NCBI GenBank assembly: GCA_038249055.1
Contig: JBBRWS010000004.1
Coordinates: 17,939 to 81,938 of the forward strand
DNA from: Minisyncoccia bacterium
GTDB lineage: Bacteria; Patescibacteriota; Minisyncoccia; Phycocordibacterales; UBA9973
Length of the DNA: 64,000 nt
Reading direction: 5' to 3'
Shown here: positions 20,231 to 30,156 of the stretch, piece by piece
Layout of the letters: the number at the start of each line of letters is the position of its first letter
How positions within the stretch are numbered: position 1 is the stretch's first letter
Notes under the pieces: model-generated
The model's database searches: none
Told to the model about the DNA's origin: nothing
What the model saw: only the letters and a program-made list of their open reading frames with translations
Made by a program: the position numbers and the translations under genes

Positions 20231-21607
20231 ATGACTAAACGTTCAATCACTTCCAAAAAACTTTGGAAGCTGGGGATCAGTGATTTCAATACCCAATATT
20301 TTGATTTTAATAAAGATGGGGATTTAATCGCAAAAGAAGGTAATAATGTTTATAATATCCGATACTTAGCAGAAAAATTTGGAACATCACTTGAAATACT
20401 GTTTCCTTATATCGTTGAAGAAAGAGTAGAAGATCTACTTGATCTTTCTTCGTCATTAATTAAAAAATTAAAATATCAAGGTAAGTTTTTTTATCACTAT
20501 CCCATGAAGAGTAATCAGACCAAAGAAGTAGTCATGGCCATGGTTGGTGAAGGAGCAAACATTGAAACATCTTCATATAATGAACTATATATTATAAAGA
20601 AAATGTTAGAGCAACAATCTTTTAATGAAAAAATAAGAATTCTTTGTAACGGGCCAAAAACTGATAAATATATAAATCTAATAGACGAACTTCAGCACCG
20701 TGGATTAAAAATTCTACCAATTATAGAAGGACCTGGTGAATTACAAATGTTTCAATTTTCTAAGTATGATGTTGGAATAAGACTAGATATTCCCGTTAAA
20801 TCAAAGGCAAACTGGAATAAAAAAATAGACAGGTTTGGTTTTAGTAGAATAGAATTATTAAAAATGTCTCCGTTTAAGAATTTGAAAGTTTTGCATTATA
20901 GAATAGGTAAGCTTGAAAAACCGTCTGATATTATTGAATCTACAAAATATGCACTAAATGTTTATTTTAAATTAAAGGAAACGAATCCCACTTTGGATAC
21001 TATCGATATTGGAGGAGGAATGCCTATTCCATTCGAAAGAAATAAAAAATATTCTGTTGAGAAAATATTAGAGAAACTTTTTGAGCTTTTGAAAAGAGAA
21101 TCTGAAAAGAGAGGAGTACCACATCCAAATCTTATTTGTGAATGGGGACGATATATGACCGCTCCCGCACAAATTACTATTTTTAAAGTAATAGATACTA
21201 AAAAGATAGTGAATAAAGGTGTTGAAGCAAAAAAATGGTATGTTATAGATGGTAGTCTTATGAATGATTTGATAGACACATGGTCTATAAATCAAAAGTG
21301 GTTTGTATGCCCAATAAATAATAAACTAGATGGTAAGCTTAATGATGTTTGGATTGCGGGTTCTAGTTGTGATTCTGATGATATTTATACTGGAATAGAT
21401 GAATCCATCCCATTACCAGATTATGATTATGATCAGCATGAACCATTTTATGTAGTATTTTTTGATACGGGGGCTTATCAAGATGCTTTAGCATCACACC
21501 ATTGTATGCTTTCGTCTCCTATAAAAATAATTGCTGAGAATGGTCATATTGTTGTGGCTCGTAAACGCGAATCTGCTGAAGATGTTGGAAAAGAGTTTGG
21601 TTGGTAG
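20231..21607 (+). CDS. speA: Arginine decarboxylase (fold-type III PLP, SpeA-like)
   Basis: YHYPMKSNQ PLP lysine, IDIGGG, ICEWGRY, GSSCDSDD, FDTGAYQ; adjacent to agmatinase. Confidence 0.85.
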   Translation: MTKRSITSKKLWKLGISDFNTQYFDFNKDGDLIAKEGNNVYNIRYLAEKFGTSLEILFPYIVEERVEDLLDLSSSLIKKLKYQGKFFYHYPMKSNQTKEVVMAMVGEGANIETSSYNELYIIKKMLEQQSFNEKIRILCNGPKTDKYINLIDELQHRGLKILPIIEGPGELQMFQFSKYDVGIRLDIPVKSKANWNKKIDRFGFSRIELLKMSPFKNLKVLHYRIGKLEKPSDIIESTKYALNVYFKLKETNPTLDTIDIGGGMPIPFERNKKYSVEKILEKLFELLKRESEKRGVPHPNLICEWGRYMTAPAQITIFKVIDTKKIVNKGVEAKKWYVIDGSLMNDLIDTWSINQKWFVCPINNKLDGKLNDVWIAGSSCDSDDIYTGIDESIPLPDYDYDQHEPFYVVFFDTGAYQDALASHHCMLSSPIKIIAENGHIVVARKRESAEDVGKEFGW

Positions 21608-21670
21608 TAGAATATAATTATCAATTAATAATAATTTTAATAAAGCTACACAAATTATATTTTAAGAAAT

Positions 21671-21720
21671 CTTTTAGAGGTCCAACCTCTAACTGGCTCC
21701 GGAGGTTGTACCTCTAAAAG
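21671..21720. repeat. REP-like paired palindrome
   Basis: ttttagaggtccaacctct...ggaggttgtacctctaaaa; related to 42990-43040. Confidence 0.6.
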
Positions 21721-21766
21721 AGTGATTCAGATTTTTTTCTAAAATAATTTTATATGCTAAAAACAT

Positions 21767-22792
21767 ATGCAAAATACAAATTTACCTACTTTAGAATTTA
21801 TTCTAAAAAATTATAAAAATTTTAACGCTCGTGCCACAAAAGACTCAACATTATCATATTGGCGCCACATAGAAAAAGGTGGAAAAATGTTTTGGGCTAT
21901 GGGTGGAGCTATGTCTTCCGCTCAGCTTGGTATTACTCTTGCCCCAGCAATCAGAAATGGTTTAATACACGGTATGTCAGTTACGGGTGCTAACCTAGAG
22001 GAATCATTGTTCCGTTTAGTTGCTCACAAAAGTTATAAGGATTTTCCCGATTACAGATACTTTACAAAAGAAGATGACACTAAAATATTAAACGACCGTA
22101 TGCGCCGTGTCACAGATACAAGTATTCCTGAAGATGAAGCTTTTCGTGTTGTTGAAAAGCAGATTGTTCCTACTTGGAAAGAAGCGTCAGAAAAAGGTAC
22201 AAGAAAGTTCTGGCATGAATACTTTTATGATTTAATTCAATCTATTGATAAAGAAAAACATGAAGGTAATGCGGAGGAATGCTGGCTACTTGCTGCTGCA
22301 GAAAATAATATCCCAATAGTAGTTCCAGGTTACGAGGATTCAACTTTTGGAAACATTTTTGCTTCATATGTTAAAACAGGTGAATGTAGTGCAAATATTG
22401 CAAAATCTGGTGTTGAATATATGGGTGCTTGGTATGACCAATATCAAGAACTTTCAAAAGGAGAGGGAGTTGGTTTTTACCAAATAGGAGGAGGTATTTC
22501 AGGAGATTTCCCAATTTGCGTAGTTCCTTCTTTGAAATATGACATGCAAATTGATAATGTTAAACCATGGTCATATTTCTGCCAGATTTCAGATTCTACA
22601 ACTTCATATGGTTCTTATTCAGGTGCTACTCCAAATGAAAAAATTACTTGGGATAAACTTACAAAAGAAACACCAATGTTTGTTATTGAATCAGATGCGA
22701 CTATTGTAGTTCCTTTAGTTATCCAAGCATTACTAGAATGCAAAGCAAATCCAACTGAAGCAAATAAATTAATAGAAAAATATAGTGCATAG
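21767..22792 (+). CDS. Deoxyhypusine synthase-like protein (SpeY-type, homospermidine pathway)
   Basis: MGGAMSSAQLG, TGANLEE, IGGGISGDFPIC, SYSGATPNEKITWDK, ESDATIV. Confidence 0.88.
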   Translation: MQNTNLPTLEFILKNYKNFNARATKDSTLSYWRHIEKGGKMFWAMGGAMSSAQLGITLAPAIRNGLIHGMSVTGANLEESLFRLVAHKSYKDFPDYRYFTKEDDTKILNDRMRRVTDTSIPEDEAFRVVEKQIVPTWKEASEKGTRKFWHEYFYDLIQSIDKEKHEGNAEECWLLAAAENNIPIVVPGYEDSTFGNIFASYVKTGECSANIAKSGVEYMGAWYDQYQELSKGEGVGFYQIGGGISGDFPICVVPSLKYDMQIDNVKPWSYFCQISDSTTSYGSYSGATPNEKITWDKLTKETPMFVIESDATIVVPLVIQALLECKANPTEANKLIEKYSA

Positions 22793-22799
22793 TTTGGTA

Positions 22800-23861
22800 A
22801 TGAATAATTCTATTGAAAATAAAAAAATATTAGAGGACAAAATTGCAAATTTTGACCCCAATGATAGTGGTGCGCTATACCACGGTATTTTTGGATTGCC
22901 TTTTAACGAGCTTGAATCAAAGGTTGTTTTAGTGCCTGTGCCATGGGAAGCTACTGTTTCCTATGGTGAAGGTACCGCTCTGGGCCCTAAAGCAATACTA
23001 GACGCCTCACAGCAGATAGATTTGTATGATTTGATTAATCCAAATGGCTGGAAAGAGGGTATTGCAATGCAAGATATTCCTTCAAGTATTTTATATAAGA
23101 GTAAACAAGTCAGAGAAAAAACTTTAAAGTACCTAGAAGGTTATAATGAAAAGAAAATCGATACAAATTTGCGAAATGAAATTAATGCTGATTGTTTAGA
23201 TCTTAAAAATTATGTAAAAGAGACTACAGAAAAATTATTAGAAGAGGGCAAAATTGTAGGAATTGTTGGGGGTGAGCATAGCGTTCCTCTTGGATATTTA
23301 GAAGCTCTTTCAAATAAATATGAGGATTTTGGAATACTACATATCGATGCACACTCTGATTTGAGAGATGCATATTTAGGATTGGAATATTCTCATGCCT
23401 CAATATTCTTTAATGCTCTAAAGATTAAAAACATTTCAAAGTTAGTTCAAGTTGGAGTTCGTGATTTTTGTGAACAAGAACATGAACTAATAGGAAAAGA
23501 AAAAAATCGCATAGCTTTATTTACAGATTATGAGATAAAAAAGGATGTTTATTGTGGTAAAACTTTAAAAGAAAAATTTGGAGAAATAATTAAAGAGCTT
23601 CCAGAAAATGTTTATATTTCTTTTGATATAGATGGCTTGATTCCTTATTTAAGTCCCAGCACAGGTACTCCTGTCATTGGTGGTTTTGCTATTGAAGAAA
23701 TGATTTTCTTATTTGAAGAATTAATTTTGTCTGGTAAAAAAATAATTGGCTTTGATTTATGTGAAGTAGCCCAAGGGGATAATGAATGGGATGGAAATGT
23801 GGGTGCTAGAGTTTTATATAAACTTTGTTTACTAACATTAAAGAGTCAAGAAAATAAGTAA
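22800..23861 (+). CDS. speB: Agmatinase / ureohydrolase family protein
   Basis: GGEHS, HIDAHSD, SFDIDGL, TGTPVIGG Mn-binding motifs. Confidence 0.88.
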   Translation: MNNSIENKKILEDKIANFDPNDSGALYHGIFGLPFNELESKVVLVPVPWEATVSYGEGTALGPKAILDASQQIDLYDLINPNGWKEGIAMQDIPSSILYKSKQVREKTLKYLEGYNEKKIDTNLRNEINADCLDLKNYVKETTEKLLEEGKIVGIVGGEHSVPLGYLEALSNKYEDFGILHIDAHSDLRDAYLGLEYSHASIFFNALKIKNISKLVQVGVRDFCEQEHELIGKEKNRIALFTDYEIKKDVYCGKTLKEKFGEIIKELPENVYISFDIDGLIPYLSPSTGTPVIGGFAIEEMIFLFEELILSGKKIIGFDLCEVAQGDNEWDGNVGARVLYKLCLLTLKSQENK

Positions 23862-23867
23862 TATTTA

Positions 23868-23901
23868 ATCTAAAAACACCCAATATTGGGTGTTTTTAGA
23901 T
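23868..23901. terminator. Bidirectional terminator between convergent genes
   Basis: Perfect palindrome atctaaaaacacccaatattgggtgtttttagat. Confidence 0.8.
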
Positions 23902-23913
23902 ATTTCATATTAC

Positions 23914-24837
23914 TTAACTATTCAATATTTTTATAAAATCCCTAGTAAACATTTTTTTATTAATTTTAGTAACTAGGTTTATGTTACAATTTTTATCACC
24001 ATAGGTTCTTTTTTCCATCACAGTCATACCTCTTGTATATTCTCCCTTTGTTTCAATTCTAATATCAGCCTTAATTAAAGAATATGCACTTGGGTTAATC
24101 AAGTAGTATCCAGCTAAAGCGTCATAAACTAAAGCGCCTTTTATTTTCTCAAAATTATTTATTCCTTCGATAAATTTTTTCATCATTGATATAATTGGTC
24201 TATATAGATTTCCTTTTTTAAGGCATTCAAAATCTTTCATAGTTAAAACTATTTTATTACATACATCGAGAGGAACTAGAATAATTTTTGCACCTGAATT
24301 AAAGACAATTTCAGCAGCCTCTGGATCGACAAAAATATTAAATTCAGCAGTTCTATTTTTATTTCCTGGACAATCAATCGCTCCACCCATAATAATAAAT
24401 TCCTTAACCAGTTTTGGTAAATTAGGTTCTTTTATTATAGCCTTTGCAATATTTGTTTCCGGGCCAATTACAACAATAGAAGTCCGACCCGGATTAGTCT
24501 TAATTATCTCGATTATCTTATCGACAGCTAGACCGTTTAGGGGCTCTTCTTTGGCTATTGTGGCCCCATCTAGACCGCTTTCACCGTGAACATTAGCCAA
24601 TATTAAGTCTCTACTTAAGGGTTTTTCAGACCCAGAATATATAGGTATTCCACCATCAACTAAATCAATTATATATCTTGCATTATCGGTAACATTTTTT
24701 AATGTTGAATTTCCGGCCACTGTGGCAATAGCTTTAATATCAACAACGCCAGACTTTTGTAATAGTAGAATAGCCAAGGCATCATCATGACCTGGATCAG
24801 TATCTATTATAATTTGTTTTTTTATATATTTTTTCAT
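23914..24837 (-). CDS. Nucleoside hydrolase (IU-NH family)
   Basis: DTDPGHDD, VHGESGL, AEFNIFVDPEAA, LVPLDV. Confidence 0.95.
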   Translation of the reverse strand: MKKYIKKQIIIDTDPGHDDALAILLLQKSGVVDIKAIATVAGNSTLKNVTDNARYIIDLVDGGIPIYSGSEKPLSRDLILANVHGESGLDGATIAKEEPLNGLAVDKIIEIIKTNPGRTSIVVIGPETNIAKAIIKEPNLPKLVKEFIIMGGAIDCPGNKNRTAEFNIFVDPEAAEIVFNSGAKIILVPLDVCNKIVLTMKDFECLKKGNLYRPIISMMKKFIEGINNFEKIKGALVYDALAGYYLINPSAYSLIKADIRIETKGEYTRGMTVMEKRTYGDKNCNINLVTKINKKMFTRDFIKILNS

Positions 24838-24853
24838 AAATTTATTTAATATA

Positions 24854-25528
24854 TTAATTTATAATTTTTTCCAAACTTAAACTTTTATATAGTTCCTCGA
24901 TATTTTTTATTGTTTTATATTCATTATTTTCTAAATCAGTAATATATATAACATTTAACCCCGCTTCAATGGCTGGAAGTATATCTGAACCAAGAGAATC
25001 TCCAATCATAACAACTTCATCTGGATTAACTGAATATTTTACACAAATATCCTCATATATTTGTTTACTACCACCTTTAGGCATTTGACCTCCTTTTTCC
25101 CAAGCGATGATAAAATCAAAATTATTTTCATCGACATCTATAGCCTTTAAAATTTTTAAAGCTTGGATTGTAGGCCCATCTGTAATAGCACCCACAATAA
25201 AGCCTAATTTTTTTAGATTTTTTAATAATTCATTTGAATAAAGAATTACACTTAAATATTCTTCTGGATTAAGTGACAGTATCGCATCATACCAAACCCC
25301 AATATCTAATCCCGATAATTCAAAACTATATTCACCACGACCATTATATTTACGACGACAATCATCTGCTATTTTTTTACCTTCTTGTAATGATATATTT
25401 AATTCTCTGGCCAAAGTGCTCTCAAGTGTTCTTGAATACTGCGAATAAAATAATTTCGCTTTTTCGCCATATGAAAGGGTATTATCTATATCAAACAATA
25501 CTATTTTGATTTTATTTTTATTTATCAT
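24854..25528 (-). CDS. HAD-family hydrolase (nucleotidase-like)
   Basis: FDIDNTL motif I, ITDG motif II, MIGDSLGSDI motif IV. Confidence 0.9.
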   Translation of the reverse strand: MINKNKIKIVLFDIDNTLSYGEKAKLFYSQYSRTLESTLARELNISLQEGKKIADDCRRKYNGRGEYSFELSGLDIGVWYDAILSLNPEEYLSVILYSNELLKNLKKLGFIVGAITDGPTIQALKILKAIDVDENNFDFIIAWEKGGQMPKGGSKQIYEDICVKYSVNPDEVVMIGDSLGSDILPAIEAGLNVIYITDLENNEYKTIKNIEELYKSLSLEKIIN

Positions 25529-25554
25529 ATATTTTTATAAATTAATTTAATAAA

Positions 25555-25717
25555 GCAAAAACACACTTCCGGACGGAAGTGTGTTTAAGATGTTTAATAG
25601 CGATATTATAACAAATTAACTAGAAACCACTCCACCCGAGGTGATGTAGTGTATGATGCCAATTTGTTTTAATAATCTTCATATTCTCAGTATTAACCTT
25701 TCTTTGGTTCTTGTCAA
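25555..25717 (-). promoter_or_regulatory. Trp/His leader-peptide attenuator (leader 25682-25620; terminator ~25586-25556)
   Basis: Minus strand TTGACA promoter, leader MKIIKTNWHHTLHHLGWSGF*, terminator aaacacacttcc-gtcc-ggaagtgtgtttttg; leader 3' segment GGGTGGAGTGGTTT complementary to terminator 5' arm. Confidence 0.8.
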
Positions 25718-25891
25718 CTGCCCATTAAAATTAATTTATTTAACAATCTCTTTAGTAAACGACTTTTCTACATCATTTAAATCTTTTTCATATAATGATT
25801 ATGTCATTTTATTGTTACTATAATAAAAAAGATTAAATTTCAAATCATAAAAAAGCCGGAAATAATTCCGGCCTTTTATTTGTTTAGATGT

Positions 25892-26308
25892 TTAGTAGCA
25901 GACTCTCATGAGCCCATAAACTTTAGTTCTAATATCATCTCTAATTTCACGCAATCTTTCGATAGATAAATTAAATGGATCTTCGATTTCCCATAGAGTA
26001 ACAGAAGGGTGTTTAAAGACAAAATCAGGACAATCTTCTTTTTTACACATAACAATTACCTTGTCGGCTGATTTTATCATTTCCTCAGTAATGTATTTAG
26101 CGCTTTTAGAAGAAAGATCAATCCTTTCTTCTCTCATGACTTGTATTACATTAGGGTGTAATCTTTTCCATAATGCGGGAGTAGAAGGATCAATACCGGC
26201 ACTTGAGGCATCATTTGAATCTGTCATTTGGTTATAAAAACCTTCTGCCATTTGACTCCTACCTACATTGCCATGACAAATGAATAATAATTTTGGATCT
26301 GTATTCAT
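25892..26308 (-). CDS. Low-molecular-weight phosphatase / ArsC-type arsenate reductase family
   Basis: LFICHGNVGRSQMAEG P-loop, SAGI, WEIEDP. Confidence 0.88.
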   Translation of the reverse strand: MNTDPKLLFICHGNVGRSQMAEGFYNQMTDSNDASSAGIDPSTPALWKRLHPNVIQVMREERIDLSSKSAKYITEEMIKSADKVIVMCKKEDCPDFVFKHPSVTLWEIEDPFNLSIERLREIRDDIRTKVYGLMRVCY

Positions 26309-26406
26309 GAGATTAAATATTAGATTGTTTTAAGAATTTATTTATATTTATGGTACCATACCTTTAAAATAATACAAATTTGAATAGTTGGTGCACTTTT
26401 AAAAAG

Positions 26407-26435
26407 TTGCAAGTTTTATACTAGTATGCTAGTAT
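26407..26435 (+). promoter_or_regulatory. Sigma70 promoter overlapped by TrpR-type operator
   Basis: TTGCAA-17-TAGTAT; ATACTAGTATGCTAGTAT (26418-26435) has CTAG-N4-CTAG like E. coli trp operator GAACTAGTTAACTAGTAC; trpR lies two genes further downstream. Confidence 0.75.
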
Positions 26436-26492
26436 ATGCGTAAGTACTAATGCACATTAAATTCAAAAATATAAATACAAAAACCAAATATT

Positions 26493-27608
26493 ATGGACGT
26501 AAAAAGCTTACTTAAAGAAAAAGCATACCAAAACATTCCATTAAGTTTTGAAGAAGCTTATGAACTAGCAGCTTATACAATTGAGGGATGCAATGGTAAT
26601 GACCTTGCACAAATTCAATCAGTTGCTGTACTCTGTGCGTTGCATAATAAAGCAACATATCTTCACAAAGATGCATATCTTCAGATTGCTGGCATTTCTG
26701 CCGGAATCATTGATTTTGATATTAAAAAATCAATAAACGGATTTGCAAAACCAAAAGTTCCATATGTTGTTGATAACTGTGGAATGGGAGGAGATCACTT
26801 TGTAACTGCTAATGTTTCTACTTTAGCTGGATTAACTGCTGCATCTCTTGGTGTATACGTGTGTAAACATGGATCACCCGCAAATGCAGATAAGGGCAGA
26901 CAAGGAAGTTCAGATTTCATAAATTTTTGTGGAATACCAAACATCTTGCCTAAAAATGATATTGAAAGGATGATTGAATCTCATAGATTTGGTTATATTG
27001 AGGCTTTGGATACTAATTTTAAAGTTGTTCATCAGCAGACGCATAATTTTGCTCATCTGCCACATATGAATGACCTTATTGGCCCATTAACTCATCCTAT
27101 TGATCCTGTGCTTCTAAAGTATAAAATCATAGGGATTAATCATCTTGTACCAGTTGAAGTTGTAGTCAAGGCATTAAAAGTATTAAACGAAAAAGGATAT
27201 ACTTTTTTTGAAAAAGCTATGGCCGTTAGAGGAAGTGTTGGGTCTACAAATCAAGATGGAATTGATGAATTATCAATTACAAAATGGGGAACAACAGTTT
27301 CTGAATTATCTGAAAATGGTATTAGATCTTATTCTATCAATTCTGATGATTTCGGTATTAATCCAGTAGATAAATCATTTTTGACTCCGCCAAATGGTAT
27401 GAGTAAGGCTGATTTTTCGTTAAGTATTCTCAACAACGAGTCACCAAAAGAAAGTATTTATATGATTGCAGCAAGCAGTGCACTTATATTACAAATGGTT
27501 GGTGAAGTTAAAACTTTGAAAGAAGGATTTAATGTATCTTACGAACAGATTCGTTCTGGAAAAGTTGTTTCGTATTTATCAGATTTGAAAAATAGTATTG
27601 TTATTTAA
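26493..27608 (+). CDS. Anthranilate phosphoribosyltransferase-like (TrpD-fold) protein 1, divergent
   Basis: DNCGMGGD, NVST, KHGS, GSSD, LIGPL, GIDELSI. Confidence 0.85.
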   Translation: MDVKSLLKEKAYQNIPLSFEEAYELAAYTIEGCNGNDLAQIQSVAVLCALHNKATYLHKDAYLQIAGISAGIIDFDIKKSINGFAKPKVPYVVDNCGMGGDHFVTANVSTLAGLTAASLGVYVCKHGSPANADKGRQGSSDFINFCGIPNILPKNDIERMIESHRFGYIEALDTNFKVVHQQTHNFAHLPHMNDLIGPLTHPIDPVLLKYKIIGINHLVPVEVVVKALKVLNEKGYTFFEKAMAVRGSVGSTNQDGIDELSITKWGTTVSELSENGIRSYSINSDDFGINPVDKSFLTPPNGMSKADFSLSILNNESPKESIYMIAASSALILQMVGEVKTLKEGFNVSYEQIRSGKVVSYLSDLKNSIVI

Positions 27609-27689
27609 ATTAACAATTTAGGGATAATTATTTTTTATAAATAATTATCCCTTTTGTTTTGTAATTATTATATTGTATAATCAATCATT

Positions 27690-28508
27690 ATGCCTACTAA
27701 ATTTAATTTTAATAAAAAAAATAATATCTTAATAGGGGCAGTGCACTTGCCTCCACTTCTTGGGTATCCAGATTTTCCTGGTTTTGAAATAGCACTTAGA
27801 AATGCAAAAACCGATTTAGAAACATTTCAAAAAGCTGGATTTGATGCAGTTATTATCGAAAACAATTATGATATTCCTCATTTTGAAAATGTTAACCCAT
27901 CTATAGGAATTTCTATGAGTATTTTGTGTTATCAATTAAAACAAATAGCAACAATACCCATAGGAATAAGTGTATTGTGGAATGATTATAAAACCGCACT
28001 TTCTATTGCAAAAACTATAGGGGCGGATTTTATTAGAATTCCTGTTTTTGTAGATACCGTTGAAACAAGTTACGGTGTTATTAAAGGTAACTCAAAAGAG
28101 GTTATTGATTTTAGAAAAAGTATAGACGCAGAAAATATTTTAATTTATACTGATATACACGTAAAACACGCGAAATTACTTTCTTCCTATTCTTTAATTG
28201 AATCAGCGACAAAGGCTATATCTGAGGGTAGTGATGGTCTAATAATAACCGGTAAATGGACAGGTGAACAACCTTCAATGGAAGACCTAAGGTCGGTTCG
28301 TGAATCTGTTGGCGATTTTCCAATTATTGCTGGAAGCGGTGTTGATAATAAAAATATTAAAGAAATATTTTCTTATGCGAACAGTTGCATTGTAAGTACT
28401 TCAGTAAAAGAAGGCATAAATAACAATAAAGAAATAAATATAAAAAACTATTCACAAAGAATTAACTTAGAAGAATGTATAAAATTAGTAAAAACAGTCA
28501 ACAATTAA
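27690..28508 (+). CDS. BtpA/SgcQ family TIM-barrel protein
   Basis: GAVHLPPLLG, IIENNYDIP, DIHVKHA, IITGKWTG, AGSGV. Confidence 0.92.
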   Translation: MPTKFNFNKKNNILIGAVHLPPLLGYPDFPGFEIALRNAKTDLETFQKAGFDAVIIENNYDIPHFENVNPSIGISMSILCYQLKQIATIPIGISVLWNDYKTALSIAKTIGADFIRIPVFVDTVETSYGVIKGNSKEVIDFRKSIDAENILIYTDIHVKHAKLLSSYSLIESATKAISEGSDGLIITGKWTGEQPSMEDLRSVRESVGDFPIIAGSGVDNKNIKEIFSYANSCIVSTSVKEGINNNKEINIKNYSQRINLEECIKLVKTVNN

Positions 28509-28521
28509 ATATAAAAATAAT

Positions 28522-28806
28522 ATGAAAAAAATTAAAACGAATGATTTAATTGATATAATAAATTCTATAAATAATGATAAAAATCTTTTAAATTCTTTTT
28601 TGACAGATTTATTGACACCAGCAGAATATACGGAAATAAAAAAACGTTGGGAAATTGTAAAAATGCTGAATGAGGGTATAAATCAACATCAAATATCAAA
28701 AAGTCTTCACGTTGGAATAGCTACAGTAACGCGAGGTTCTAGAGCCATAAAAGATTCAAAAGGTGGTTTTAAGAAAGTTTTAAATCAAAAAGACCATCTC
28801 AACTAA
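28522..28806 (+). CDS. trpR: Trp repressor family protein
   Basis: LLTPAEY..IKKRWEIV...GIATVTRGSR, matching E. coli TrpR recognition helix GIATITRGS. Confidence 0.88.
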   Translation: MKKIKTNDLIDIINSINNDKNLLNSFLTDLLTPAEYTEIKKRWEIVKMLNEGINQHQISKSLHVGIATVTRGSRAIKDSKGGFKKVLNQKDHLN

Positions 28807-28852
28807 TTAGCAGAGATGGTCTATGATGGTTTAATTTTCAAATACACACTTT

Positions 28853-29953
28853 TCATGAAGTAATAATATCAGAGATTAATAAGTCGATTATTTTCTTATT
28901 TACATGTTGCATTACAACAATATGAGCTCTATCATTTTTTGTAGCAAGTTGCCACTTATTAATGATATTTTTTGATGGCTTATCAAAAGTTACAATATTT
29001 GAATTAATATTTAACTTAGGATTATAATGTATATCCATAAGCATCTTTTCCAAATATTTTGCATTTTCAATACATTCGATAGCTTCTTTTTTGAATCCGA
29101 TAATTCCCTTATTGTTTATTAATGCCCACAAAAATACTGCGAGCTGGCCATTTCTGGAGCCTGAGATAGTTGTATCGTCTGAGTCTATATATTCTATACA
29201 GTCGACAAAACTACCATGCGGTTTTTCTTTTGAAAGAAAAACACCAGAAGGAAAGGGGATACCAAAAAATTTATGAGCTGAGAGAGAAATACTATTAATA
29301 GGTTTATTAAAATTTAATTCATGTTCAATGCCTAAAAAGGGAAGAAACCCTCCAAATAAGGCTGCATCACAGTGAATATAAAAATTTTCATGTGATGTTT
29401 CTTTGAGTATGGATAAAACTTTATCAACATCATCAATAGCTCCATCAAAAGTAGTTCCTATAGTTAAATTAAGAATAGGAATTTTTCTTTCCTTGGATAA
29501 GAGATCATAAAGGTTTTCATAATTCATTTCACCATTTGATGATTCAACTTCCGCATATGGAACATTAAGAATAACTGAATTTTTCTTAATTGAATAATGC
29601 CCATCTGCTGAGTAAATTACTCCATCTGGATACTTGTTTCTTCCAAGAAGAAGCCCCATCAAATTACTTTCTGTTCCACCATTCGTAAGGTATCCCCACG
29701 AATTTTGGTCAAGGTTATAAATTCCTTTAAAGAATTCGAGCACTTTTTGCTCATATTCTTTTGAGTGCATTCTGTACGAACCATCCGTACAGCTTGGATC
29801 ACCTACATTGTTAATAACAAAATCAAAGAATTTATAAAATTCTGAAAAATCATTATTAAGATTACCAGGAAAACCTAGCATAAATGGAGCACTAGATTGC
29901 AGTCGCCAGTAAAACTGGCGCATTTCATCAGTCAACGTTATTAAAGCTTTCAT
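28853..29953 (-). CDS. PLP-dependent group II decarboxylase, histidine/serine decarboxylase-like
   Basis: NNVGDP, WGYLTNGGTESN, GTTFDGAIDD, IHCDAALFG, SAHKFFG, TISGSRNG, AHIVVMQHV. Confidence 0.88.
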   Translation of the reverse strand: MKALITLTDEMRQFYWRLQSSAPFMLGFPGNLNNDFSEFYKFFDFVINNVGDPSCTDGSYRMHSKEYEQKVLEFFKGIYNLDQNSWGYLTNGGTESNLMGLLLGRNKYPDGVIYSADGHYSIKKNSVILNVPYAEVESSNGEMNYENLYDLLSKERKIPILNLTIGTTFDGAIDDVDKVLSILKETSHENFYIHCDAALFGGFLPFLGIEHELNFNKPINSISLSAHKFFGIPFPSGVFLSKEKPHGSFVDCIEYIDSDDTTISGSRNGQLAVFLWALINNKGIIGFKKEAIECIENAKYLEKMLMDIHYNPKLNINSNIVTFDKPSKNIINKWQLATKNDRAHIVVMQHVNKKIIDLLISDIITS

Positions 29954-30156
29954 ATTGCTTATATTTAATTTTTAGGGCAAAATTGCCAACTATCCTTACT
30001 TAAAATGATACTACGCTAAATTACATTAGTCAATATGGCTGAATAATGTCTAAATGCATTTAGCACTTTTGTATATTTTGTATGCTATCGCACATATACT
30101 GTTTTTTTGCGAGTGGAGAAAAAATAAATAAAATTATATGATATAATACGACCTAT

